This document shows positions 1-8,132 of a stretch of DNA of 12,270 nucleotides, piece after piece; position 1 is the stretch's first letter, and each line of letters opens with the position of its first letter. Origin of the DNA: a bacterium (lineage in GTDB: Bacteria > Cyanobacteriota > Vampirovibrionia > Gastranaerophilales > JBAXKC01). The DNA lies in contig JBAXKC010000055.1 in assembly GCA_037137535.1 (NCBI GenBank), positions 1 through 12,270 of the forward strand, written 5' to 3'. The translations under genes and the position numbers were made by a program. The notes beneath the pieces were generated by a model. It was not told where the DNA came from and did not search any database. It was given only the letters and a program-made list of their open reading frames with translations.

Positions 1-62
1 GAGAGATCACCAATGAAGATCAACTCGATTTTATTTTCTCCAAGTTCTGTATTGGAAAGTAG
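1..62 (+). CDS. mnmE: 3' end of tRNA modification GTPase MnmE/TrmE (partial; begins before the window)
   Basis: The frame starting at base 3 translates to EITNEDQLDFIFSKFCIGK-TAG(60-62), the characteristic MnmE C-terminus with the FC(I/V)GK motif. Not in the ORF track. Confidence 0.95.
   Translation, partial: EITNEDQLDFIFSKFCIGK
45..62 (+). repeat. att core copy 1 (within mnmE)
   Basis: TTC TGT ATT GGA AAG TAG = FCIGK*. Confidence 0.9.
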
Positions 63-82
63 CTTCATCACCAAAGACGCGC

Positions 83-262
83 ATTCTACGGTATTTACAT
101 TCTTTATAAGCCAATTACATTTGCCGATTCCTGCCTTTCTTTGCCTTTAGTAGCCCAATACTTGTGACTAATTCGGTTACTACTCTTGATTTGCTGTGAA
201 TTTATATTCTTGTGGATTTATTATGGGTAACAATGATACATTATGATACACAAAGAGATACT
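83..262 (+). repeat. Left att arm, copy 1
   Basis: Aligns without gaps to 11292-11471 (about 147/180 identical by manual count). Contains GTGACTAATTCGGTTACTA (164-182) and ATGATACA twice (233-240, 243-250). Confidence 0.9.
94..123 (+). promoter_or_regulatory. Candidate Bacteroidota sigma70 promoter within the left arm
   Basis: TACATTTG at 116-123 matches the -7 consensus TAnnTTTG. TTTA at 94-97 lies 18 bp upstream (imperfect -33). Both are identical in the second arm copy. Confidence 0.5.
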
Positions 263-346
263 GATGATGCAATTACAAATTTTGTTATTAACAATTTAAA
301 ATAAAGATGAGTTTATTTGTAACTTAGAGCTATAACTGAATTTACT

Positions 347-502
347 ATGTCAGAGACGAAACCTTCAAATACTCAACAAGCAACTCCTCAGCCACAATCG
401 ACTGCAACTCCCATTGCGCAACCCGAAAGAGTAGTTAATCCTTCTGTTATTATGGAAGTTAGAAATGGATCTCAGAAACCCGACACAAAAGGTAAGCGAT
501 AA
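347..502 (+). CDS. 51-aa Pro/Gln/Thr-rich small protein
   Basis: ATG347 to TAA502: MSETKPSNTQQATPQPQSTATPIAQPERVVNPSVIMEVRNGSQKPDTKGKR. Protein-like low-complexity composition, locally C-rich, A/T-rich leader. Below the ORF-track cutoff. Confidence 0.6.
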   Translation: MSETKPSNTQQATPQPQSTATPIAQPERVVNPSVIMEVRNGSQKPDTKGKR

Positions 503-1019
503 ATGGGCATATAGGTGTCAGAAATAGTATACTTATTGATATACGATTATTATTAGTTCGTATTGAATTCAAATTTCTATTAATAGTTATTCGCTCTTGC
601 AGATTCTCACAAATATTGAAAACCATATTAAGATATTGCTCATCATTTTTAAAAACAGTATCAATAAATGCGGAGGTTAATATTTTATCTGGAAACTCAC
701 CAGGTACTGAAATCTCATAGTGTTTAAAATTTTTAGATGTAAAATATAAGCTCAAGCCAATAATGATAAAAGTCAAGATTGCTGTTATATTTAAAAAAGT
801 AAATCCAATTTCTTTTGAAGAATCAATAAAATAAAGTACGATACCTGATTCTAGAGGGATTAAAATAGTAATAAGTTTCTCGGCTTTTAATGAAATTGTC
901 TTAGCGGTTTCAACAGTTTCTCGAAGAAGCGATTCAGCTTGATTTAAAATAAGTGATGCCGTATCTTTTTCAAGATTATTCCATTGCTTAACATCAGATT
1001 TCCATTTTAATGAACTCAT
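459..1019 (-). CDS. Hypothetical membrane protein, about 3 TM segments
   Basis: 186-aa ORF. An N-terminal helical region is followed by hydrophobic stretches LITILIPLESGIVLYFI, FTFLNITAILTFIIIGLSLYF and ISISILFLTPICPFIAYLL. Confidence 0.8.
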   Translation of the reverse strand: MSSLKWKSDVKQWNNLEKDTASLILNQAESLLRETVETAKTISLKAEKLITILIPLESGIVLYFIDSSKEIGFTFLNITAILTFIIIGLSLYFTSKNFKHYEISVPGEFPDKILTSAFIDTVFKNDEQYLNMVFNICENLQERITINRNLNSIRTNNNRISISILFLTPICPFIAYLLCRVSEIHF

Positions 1020-1283
1020 AATTAATAAGGTTTAGAAAGAAATAACAAATGTTCGACTACTTCTAAATTAAACTATTACATTGATTTGCTTTTTAGAGCT
1101 ATTTAAAAAGATATAGATTTTCTTGTTCTGTTAAATAAAGGCTTATAAGCCATTTTTCAAATTTAACCTTAATAAAGAATAAAATAGCTCTCTCAATTTC
1201 CTTTTTTGGTTGTGTATAAATTTTTGTTTGCTATTTACTTTGTTATGTATATTTAAGAACACAAGTAAAGGTTAATAAAAGGT

Positions 1284-3353
1284 ATGAAAGAATCTAATCT
1301 ATTAGCATCAGTAGCACTATTTAGTGCGTTGTATAATAATGAAAATTTCACTAACATATCTGATATATTAGCCGAGTTTATAAAAGGCGCTGTTATTTCG
1401 GAAAAAAAATGGACAGTCAACTCGAATGAATTGACCAATTTGCTTGAAAAGGTTTATGAATTTAAAATTCCTGAATCAGTTGTTCGAACAACAGTACGTA
1501 ATCGGTTGAAAATTACTCCAACAATTCATGGTCATTATGTTTTTAATAGTTCTATCGAAAAGGAATTCATTTCTCTGAATGAAAATTATGAATCAATTGT
1601 TCAAGTACAATCTGAAATTTTAGAAGCTTTAATTAGCTTTATTGATTCAAAAGTCAATACTCCTTTAACGCCAGAAGAAAAAGATGCAGCAATTCAGAAT
1701 TTTAAAAGTTTTATAATTGACAATGGGAGTTCTGAAAAATATTCGAAATTAATTAGCGCTTTTCTAATTAAGAATAGAGAGGATACAAATTTTACCCAAA
1801 ATTTAAATCTTATTCGAGAAGGTGTTATTTTGTATCAAGGGATAAGGTATACTGCAGATTTAAATGAATTAGGCAGATGGAATACAGATTTAAAAATATT
1901 TTTAAGTACAGAACACTTATTTAATGCACTAGGCTATAATGGTAGTTTATTCCAACAAATATTTGATGATTTCTATGAACTAGTTAAACAGATAAATACT
2001 AATACTAAAAATAAACATGGAGAAAAAATAGTTGAACTTAAATATTTCCAAGAAACAAAGGATCAAGTTGATGCTTTTTTTAAAACTGCTGAATATATAC
2101 TTAAAGGAACATCTACTTTAGATCCGAGCAAGACTGCAATGAAAAAAATCCTTGAGGATTGTAAAACTCTAAGCGATATTAAGGCTAAAAGAATAAAATT
2201 TGATTTGGAGTTAAAACGAAAAGGTATTTTCTATCAAGAATTTAGTCAATCAATCTATACTTACCCAGAATATCTAGTCGAAGATAATAATTTGATAGAC
2301 ACATTAAAACAAGAAGCTTACGGTAATCAAAAGCTATTTGACGAGAATTTATGCAGACAATTCCTGCAAATTTTTACAAAAATAAATTACTATAGAGGAG
2401 GGTTGAGCAAAACAAAATTTGAAAATATTGGAACAATTTTCATAACTGGTAATCGATTTGCTCTCTATTTGGCACACCAGACAAAAGTAAAATTCAAGGA
2501 AGAGGACATTCCTTTCGCAAAAGATATTGATTATATAACAAGCAAGTTTTGGTTTAAACTTAAAAAAGGATTTGGAGATAAACAACTAATTCCTAAATCT
2601 TTAGATGTTATCTGTAAAGCACAAATAATCTTGTCTTCACAATTGAATCAAACTGTTTATAAAGAATTTAATAAACTGCAGCAACAATTTCGTGGTGGTG
2701 AATTAACTAAAGAAGAGGCTTTGGAAAGAAGTTATGTATTGAGGGAGAAGTCTGTATTACCTGAAGATTTAAATCCAGAGACTTTAGATACAACATTAGA
2801 CTTTTTAAATAAGGATGAATTCTTCGAGGATTATTACAGAGAAAAGGTGAAAAAGGATTTAGATTTAAAACAAGCTTTGCATGAGAGAGATGAATTAAAA
2901 CGAGAACTTGATTTTAGAATTTTAAAAGAGGAAAATGAATTGTATCAAAAGGCTTTAGCAAAATTTAATTCGGAAAAATTAGAATATTCTACATTAAAAT
3001 GGAAGCAATTTAAAATTAAAAAAAGAAATGATTTGTTATACTTCATTTCAATAAACATATTAACTTTTGTGCCATTATTCATCACTTTATTCTTAAAGGG
3101 TAATAAATGTGTTAATGATAAAATTGAAAAATTGGGATCAAATCAAAATTTTATATGGAGTTTTCTAGCCTTAATATTTTTAATAGAATTATTTGGAAGA
3201 TCATACATATTTGATAAAGAAAAAGTAAAATCAGGATGGGTATGGTTAAAAACATTAGTTCACAGGACTTCTTATGATAATCTTAAGAGAGATTATATTG
3301 TGGAATTCCAAAATGATTTTGAAGAGTTAAATAAGGTTAATACAGTTTTCTAA
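1284..3353 (+). CDS. Large hypothetical protein: possible wHTH N-terminus, PIN-like central domain, coiled coil, two C-terminal TM helices
   Basis: 689-aa ORF. LKIFLSTEHLFNALGY resembles the PIN first strand/helix (hhDTxhh) and IFITGN resembles the PIN hhT(G)D strand. A charged helical segment at about aa 515-580 precedes TM segments YFISINILTFVPLFITLFL and FIWSFLALIFLIELF. The ORF is solid; the domain call is tentative. Confidence 0.7.
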   Translation: MKESNLLASVALFSALYNNENFTNISDILAEFIKGAVISEKKWTVNSNELTNLLEKVYEFKIPESVVRTTVRNRLKITPTIHGHYVFNSSIEKEFISLNENYESIVQVQSEILEALISFIDSKVNTPLTPEEKDAAIQNFKSFIIDNGSSEKYSKLISAFLIKNREDTNFTQNLNLIREGVILYQGIRYTADLNELGRWNTDLKIFLSTEHLFNALGYNGSLFQQIFDDFYELVKQINTNTKNKHGEKIVELKYFQETKDQVDAFFKTAEYILKGTSTLDPSKTAMKKILEDCKTLSDIKAKRIKFDLELKRKGIFYQEFSQSIYTYPEYLVEDNNLIDTLKQEAYGNQKLFDENLCRQFLQIFTKINYYRGGLSKTKFENIGTIFITGNRFALYLAHQTKVKFKEEDIPFAKDIDYITSKFWFKLKKGFGDKQLIPKSLDVICKAQIILSSQLNQTVYKEFNKLQQQFRGGELTKEEALERSYVLREKSVLPEDLNPETLDTTLDFLNKDEFFEDYYREKVKKDLDLKQALHERDELKRELDFRILKEENELYQKALAKFNSEKLEYSTLKWKQFKIKKRNDLLYFISINILTFVPLFITLFLKGNKCVNDKIEKLGSNQNFIWSFLALIFLIELFGRSYIFDKEKVKSGWVWLKTLVHRTSYDNLKRDYIVEFQNDFEELNKVNTVF

Positions 3354-3383
3354 TTTTATTATAACTGGAATATTGTATTTATT

Positions 3384-3653
3384 TTATCTATTAACAAATA
3401 GAAATGATCCTTCCACCAACTTCTCAACCCTCTCACAAAAACACACAATACTATCCCGATCGATTGCTTCAGTATACAAATCATTGTTACTTGTAATTGC
3501 AACCTCCAACAAACTATGAAGGTGTTTCCTAACTTCAATCAAATGAAAGTCATCAAAGAACTGTTGTATAACAATCATTTGGTTTGCTTGTTCCTCCTTC
3601 GATAATAAAATCGGTTTATTATAAAACTCAGGATGTAAATCAAATGGATGCAT
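3384..3653 (-). CDS. Small hypothetical protein (89 aa if started at MHPFDLHPEF; track start 3716 gives 110 aa)
   Basis: The ORF fills the gap between the 689-aa gene and the excisionase, and has a helical acidic composition. The internal ATG at 3653 leaves room for divergent promoters. Confidence 0.65.
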   Translation of the reverse strand: MHPFDLHPEFYNKPILLSKEEQANQMIVIQQFFDDFHLIEVRKHLHSLLEVAITSNNDLYTEAIDRDSIVCFCERVEKLVEGSFLFVNR

Positions 3654-3771
3654 GGTAATGAATTTGAATGCACCATCGCATAAGGTTTGATACTGGCAAA
3701 ATAATGTTGCTATCATTTTATCGGTAGAGGAACTTCAGTATAGTAACTGAAACCGAAAATACCCAAACACA

Positions 3772-4134
3772 ATGAGTAGTAATATCCGCATCGAAAGAAT
3801 CTGTCAATTCTGTAGTTGTAAATTTATAGCAAGGACAACTAAAACAAAATACTGTTCAGATAAATGTAGTAAACGTAGTTATAAGCAAGCAGCTAGGGAC
3901 GAAAAATTGGCAATCGCTAAAGTAGAATCCAGTATTACAGGAAAGATAAGAACCACCGTAAATTTCCCGATGCTGGCAGGTAAAGAATTACTAACAATTA
4001 CTGAAGCAAGTGCATTATTGAATATCACACACGTAACTCTAAGAAGGTGGATTAAAGAGAACCGTATACAATCATCACGTATTGGAAAGAAACATTTGAT
4101 TAAAAGAATACATCTGGATTCTTTGATAGCATGA
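3772..4134 (+). CDS. Excisionase-family (HTH_17/MerR-like) DNA-binding protein with N-terminal zinc finger
   Basis: N-terminal CQFC...YCSDKC. The C-terminal LLTITEASALLNITHVTLRRWIKENRIQSSRIGKKHLI is a typical Xis-type winged HTH. Confidence 0.88.
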   Translation: MSSNIRIERICQFCSCKFIARTTKTKYCSDKCSKRSYKQAARDEKLAIAKVESSITGKIRTTVNFPMLAGKELLTITEASALLNITHVTLRRWIKENRIQSSRIGKKHLIKRIHLDSLIA

Positions 4135-4210
4135 TACAAATGTTACGAATATTACAAATATTACGTTTCTTACAGTTATTACATTTAGTATAATGTATAC
4201 TGTTATTATC
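4130..4210 (+). repeat. Degenerate 9-bp tandem repeat (about 9 units)
   Basis: catgataca aatgttacg aatattaca aatattacg tttcttaca gttattaca tttagtata atgtatact gttattatc; TAY recurs every 9 bp. Confidence 0.65.
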
Positions 4211-4701
4211 ATGCAGAGGGGAACCGCAAACTCAATCAATCTCATTTTGTTTGACTATGCAGTAGACTATCGTTATGAATTTCATTTAATTAGCGTAAAT
4301 GATTGCAATATTAAATGGCGATCAATCAATCATTGATGTAATAGTAAATAGTTATAAAAGTATTTAAAATCGATTTAAAACAGGTTATTTAATTAAGAAT
4401 GGAGCAATAATAACTAAAAAGGGAGCTATTCATTTTGATGATGGAAATGGTTACTACATGATTTCTTATAAAGGTTATAGGTTAGAAATTAATAAAACGG
4501 GAGGAAACCAGAGTAGGATTGTGTATGAGATAAAGTAAATAACTTTTTATTTCTATTACATACTCTGAAATATATGCTTGAATACTACTAAGTTGTTTTT
4601 TGATATAATTAAAGGCCTTTTTTTTTGAAAGGAGGGTTACATGAGTTTGAAAGTTTGCATATTAATTGATAAAATTTCACATTAATATATTTTGGTATAA
4701 C

Positions 4702-4735
4702 ATCTAGCAATTGTACAAAAAAGAAATTGCTAGAT
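4702..4735. promoter_or_regulatory. 11-bp perfect inverted repeat, candidate operator upstream of the four-gene operon
   Basis: ATCTAGCAATT (4702-4712), 12-bp spacer, AATTGCTAGAT (4725-4735). Confidence 0.55.
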
Positions 4736-4773
4736 ATACTATTTTCCACATACAATTAAAATTATATAACATT

Positions 4774-4803
4774 TTTGTATTGCGCCATCTTTCGTTATAT
4801 TTA
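4774..4803 (+). promoter_or_regulatory. Candidate Bacteroidota promoter for the operon
   Basis: TTTG (4774-4777), 18 bp, TATATTTA (4796-4803; one mismatch to TAnnTTTG), just upstream of ATG 4817. Confidence 0.4.
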
Positions 4804-4816
4804 TATAATTAAAAAT

Positions 4817-6235
4817 ATGAATATGGGCGAAAAAATTACAACTTCTGTTCCGCGCAAAATTATTGATGACTTCGCAAATGAAATTAAAGAAAAAGCAACA
4901 AAAGGAAGTAGTCCAGAGAAGGCAGTTATTGAATTTAGAGATGATAGAAAAAGAGGGAAATCTGGAGAAAGGGATGTTTTCTTTGTTCCAATATCGCTTT
5001 TGAAATTCAGAAAAGATAATGGGCGAATTGCTTCAGATATAGCAAGCTATGAAAAATTACATGGTAACTTAAATGAGGATGAGCAGGAAACGCAAGAAAT
5101 AATAAAAAAATTTCTACAAAAGAAAGATGAAGAAAACAATCTTAAGCTAAGAAAATCCATTGAACACTCTGGACAAAATGAGCCTGCTATAATTACATGT
5201 GATGGTTTTTTAATAAATGGGAACCGAAGGAAGATGACTTTTGAGGTATTGTTAGAAACTACAAAAGATAGGCAATATGAAAGAATGAAAGTTGTAATCC
5301 TTCCCGGCATAGGTGATGAGGGTGGCCCTCCAACAATAAAAGAAATTGAAGAAATAGAAAATCGTTATCAATTACAAAGTGATGGCAAATCTGAGTATAC
5401 AAATTTTGATAGGGCAATAAGTATAAAGAGAAAGATTAATGCAGGTATGAGTTTAGAAGAGCAACTTAAAGACGATCCAAGTTTAGTTGGCTTATCACAT
5501 AAAGAATTCAAGAAAGAATTGCAAAAATATCAAGATCAATTTCTAGGTCCCCTTGATTGCATTGATAGATATTTAGACCAATTAGATCGCTCTGAACTAT
5601 ATGACAATATCTCAGAAGGAAGAAACGATCGAGAGGGAAGATGGTATTCGTTTATTGATTATTACGGTTTTCATAAGCAATTGAGAAATGACGATGGAGA
5701 ACTCACAAAAAGAGCTATGGATCTTGGTATTGAAGATGATGAGACTGGGGACATTGAGAATATAGCATTCAAAATAATTCGTAAAAAAGATTTTCCCTAT
5801 AACAAAACCCATGAAGTTATTAGAAAGCTTCCTAAAATTTTAGGGAACAATGAAGCAAAGAAAGAAATAATGAAAATCAAGAATATTTCTGATTTGTTAC
5901 CTAAAGAAGAATATAATGAGGAAGATGAATTTAATATAATAGATAAAAAATGGGGGAAAAAAAATGAAACATTTATTGTTGGAAAAGTAAATACTGCACT
6001 TAAGATAATCGAATATGAAAAAGACAGAGAGACTCCCTTAACACTTTTAGAAGATGCATTAAAAAAACTAAATCATGATAATATGGATCCTGAAGCTGTA
6101 TTATTAGATAAAATAACAGAAGCAATGAAACTTGCTAGAGAGGTTGCTAAAAGAGCAAATGATCTTGAACATGAATTTTATCATATCGAAAAGGAAAGCA
6201 AGAGTAAATTAAAAGGGATTAATAAAAATAAATAA
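4817..6235 (+). CDS. ParB/Srx-like N-terminal domain protein with helical C-terminus
   Basis: LRKSIEHSGQNEPAIITCDGFLINGNRR matches the ParB box (L..SI...GQ..P.I......hhxGxRR). The start is more likely ATG 4817 or 4823 than the track's TTG 4775. Confidence 0.82.
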   Translation: MNMGEKITTSVPRKIIDDFANEIKEKATKGSSPEKAVIEFRDDRKRGKSGERDVFFVPISLLKFRKDNGRIASDIASYEKLHGNLNEDEQETQEIIKKFLQKKDEENNLKLRKSIEHSGQNEPAIITCDGFLINGNRRKMTFEVLLETTKDRQYERMKVVILPGIGDEGGPPTIKEIEEIENRYQLQSDGKSEYTNFDRAISIKRKINAGMSLEEQLKDDPSLVGLSHKEFKKELQKYQDQFLGPLDCIDRYLDQLDRSELYDNISEGRNDREGRWYSFIDYYGFHKQLRNDDGELTKRAMDLGIEDDETGDIENIAFKIIRKKDFPYNKTHEVIRKLPKILGNNEAKKEIMKIKNISDLLPKEEYNEEDEFNIIDKKWGKKNETFIVGKVNTALKIIEYEKDRETPLTLLEDALKKLNHDNMDPEAVLLDKITEAMKLAREVAKRANDLEHEFYHIEKESKSKLKGINKNK

Positions 6236-6236
6236 A

Positions 6237-8132
6237 ATGATTTTAGACTTTTCAGATACCGAATTTTCATTGCAAAAATTGTCATTAAAGTCAAATCAAA
6301 AAAGTCAATTACAAGATTGGGGATTTAAAAGTGATATTGAAGATAATATGTTTTATACTGGTAGATATCCAGAAAAAACTTTAGTAAAAATTATACATTA
6401 TTTTGGCAAAGAAAAAATTAAGTTTGAAGTATCTGAAAACTGTAAATTAATAATTGATTTAATCGCTGAAAAATCAGCAAAATTTGATAATGTAAAGGAA
6501 TTAGGACGAGATTTTAAGAATGGTATTTTCGATAAAAAAAAGTATAAAGAATTTGAACTATTTTTTAAAACACATTTGCCTACTCGTGTATTAAAAGCGC
6601 ATCAACTCAAAGCAGCTTTTCATTTGTATTTAGTTCAAAATGGCGCTAACTTTTCTGTTCCAGGTAGTGGGAAAACTTCAGTTGTTTTAAGTGTTTATGA
6701 AAAACTTAAATCCGAAAATAAGGCAAATGTTCTCTTTATCGTAGGCCCCCCTGCATGCTTTGGACCATGGAAAAATGAATTTTATGAAACGCTTGGTCGA
6801 AAACCTAAAAAAGCAACTTTAGCTGGAGGGAATAAGCAAACTCGTAAAAGTGAATATTTCGTAAATAAAAACAATAAGAAAGAGCTATATCTTACTACGT
6901 TCCAAACATTAATTAATGATCAAAAAGAAATTAATACATTTTTTTCACAAAAGGGTATTAATGCATTTTTAGTAATTGATGAAGCGCATTACATCAAACA
7001 GGTGAATGGGAATTGGGCAAGTGCTGTTTTGAATATTTCAATGCATTCTAAGTTTAGGTGTATATTAACTGGAACACCGATGCCCAAAAGCTTCAGTGAT
7101 GTTTATAATTTGTTCGATTTTTTATGGCCCGAAAATGAACCTATTGAGTCTAGTTCAAAAATTAAATTGCAATCATTGGAAAAGAGGAACAACATTGATC
7201 AAGCTAAAAATATTTTAGAAGATAAAGTGGGTGCACTTTTTTATAGGGTTCGGAAAAAAGATTTAGGGTTAAAACCAGCAATATTTCACGACCCGATCTT
7301 GCTTACAATGAATCATTATGAACAGATAATTTATGATGCAATTGAAAAAAAGATTCGCGGATATGCAATGGATGATTATTTACAGAATATTGATTTTATT
7401 AATAAGCTGAAGAGGGGGAGAATGATTCGACTTAGGCAAAGTGTTTCGTATTTACATCTTCTAAATAAAGCAGTTGAAGATTACAATGAAACAGTATTAG
7501 AAGGTGACAAGGATTTAAAATCAATAATTAGAAATTATGATAAATTAGAATTGCCAGCAAAATTTGATTTTATTAAATCAAAACTTGAAGAATTTAAAAA
7601 AACAAAACAAAAAGTTGTAATATGGACAAACTTTGTTGGGACAATTGAAAGATTGGAAGAATATATTACAAACGTATTAGGTTTTTATTGTCGTTCAATT
7701 TATGGCAAAACACCTATTGAAATAACTTTAATTCCTGATGAATTTACTAGGGAACAAATACGAGATGAATTTGTTGACGAAAATAGTGGGCTTGATATTT
7801 TAATTGCTAATCCAGCAGCATGTGCAGAATCAATTTCTTTGCACAAAACTTGCCATAATGCAATTTATTATGATTTAACTTATAATTGCGCACAATATTT
7901 ACAATCTCTAGATAGAATACATCGTGTTGGAGGTTCAGAAAAAATCTCTGCCCATTATTATTTTTTGCAATATGCAAACACTATCGAACATGATATACTT
8001 GAGAACTTAAAGAAAAAAGCAGAAAAAATGAGTAAGATAATTGATCATGATTATGAAATTTATTCATTAGACATGTTTGAAGAAGAGAACGATGATTTAA
8101 ATGCCTATGATCGTTTATTTGGAAAGAAATGA
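6237..8132 (+). CDS. SNF2-related SF2 helicase/translocase
   Basis: Motif I FSVPGSGKT, Ia IVGP...PWKNEF, II IDEAHYIK, III LTGTP, IV VVIWTNF, V LIANPAACAESISL, VI QSLDRIHRVG. Confidence 0.93.
   Translation: MILDFSDTEFSLQKLSLKSNQKSQLQDWGFKSDIEDNMFYTGRYPEKTLVKIIHYFGKEKIKFEVSENCKLIIDLIAEKSAKFDNVKELGRDFKNGIFDKKKYKEFELFFKTHLPTRVLKAHQLKAAFHLYLVQNGANFSVPGSGKTSVVLSVYEKLKSENKANVLFIVGPPACFGPWKNEFYETLGRKPKKATLAGGNKQTRKSEYFVNKNNKKELYLTTFQTLINDQKEINTFFSQKGINAFLVIDEAHYIKQVNGNWASAVLNISMHSKFRCILTGTPMPKSFSDVYNLFDFLWPENEPIESSSKIKLQSLEKRNNIDQAKNILEDKVGALFYRVRKKDLGLKPAIFHDPILLTMNHYEQIIYDAIEKKIRGYAMDDYLQNIDFINKLKRGRMIRLRQSVSYLHLLNKAVEDYNETVLEGDKDLKSIIRNYDKLELPAKFDFIKSKLEEFKKTKQKVVIWTNFVGTIERLEEYITNVLGFYCRSIYGKTPIEITLIPDEFTREQIRDEFVDENSGLDILIANPAACAESISLHKTCHNAIYYDLTYNCAQYLQSLDRIHRVGGSEKISAHYYFLQYANTIEHDILENLKKKAEKMSKIIDHDYEIYSLDMFEEENDDLNAYDRLFGKK

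Noticed and set aside
1140-1151. 12-bp palindrome GGCTTATAAGCC in the divergent intergenic region
   Set aside because: Single short occurrence with no supporting regulator or second copy; could be chance.
3721-3756. Interrupted inverted repeat TCGGT...TTCAGT-atagta-ACTGAA-ACCGA upstream of xis
   Set aside because: The stems are only 5-6 bp with a large bulge, too weak to call.
4613-4636. CCTTT...AAAGG hairpin with a T-run
   Set aside because: Weak stem with the T-run inside it and no gene ending nearby; not a convincing terminator.
4775-4816. TTG start and MYCAIFRYIYIIKN extension of the ParB-like gene
   Set aside because: It overlaps the candidate promoter. ATG 4817 or 4823 with an A-rich leader is the more typical Bacteroidota start.
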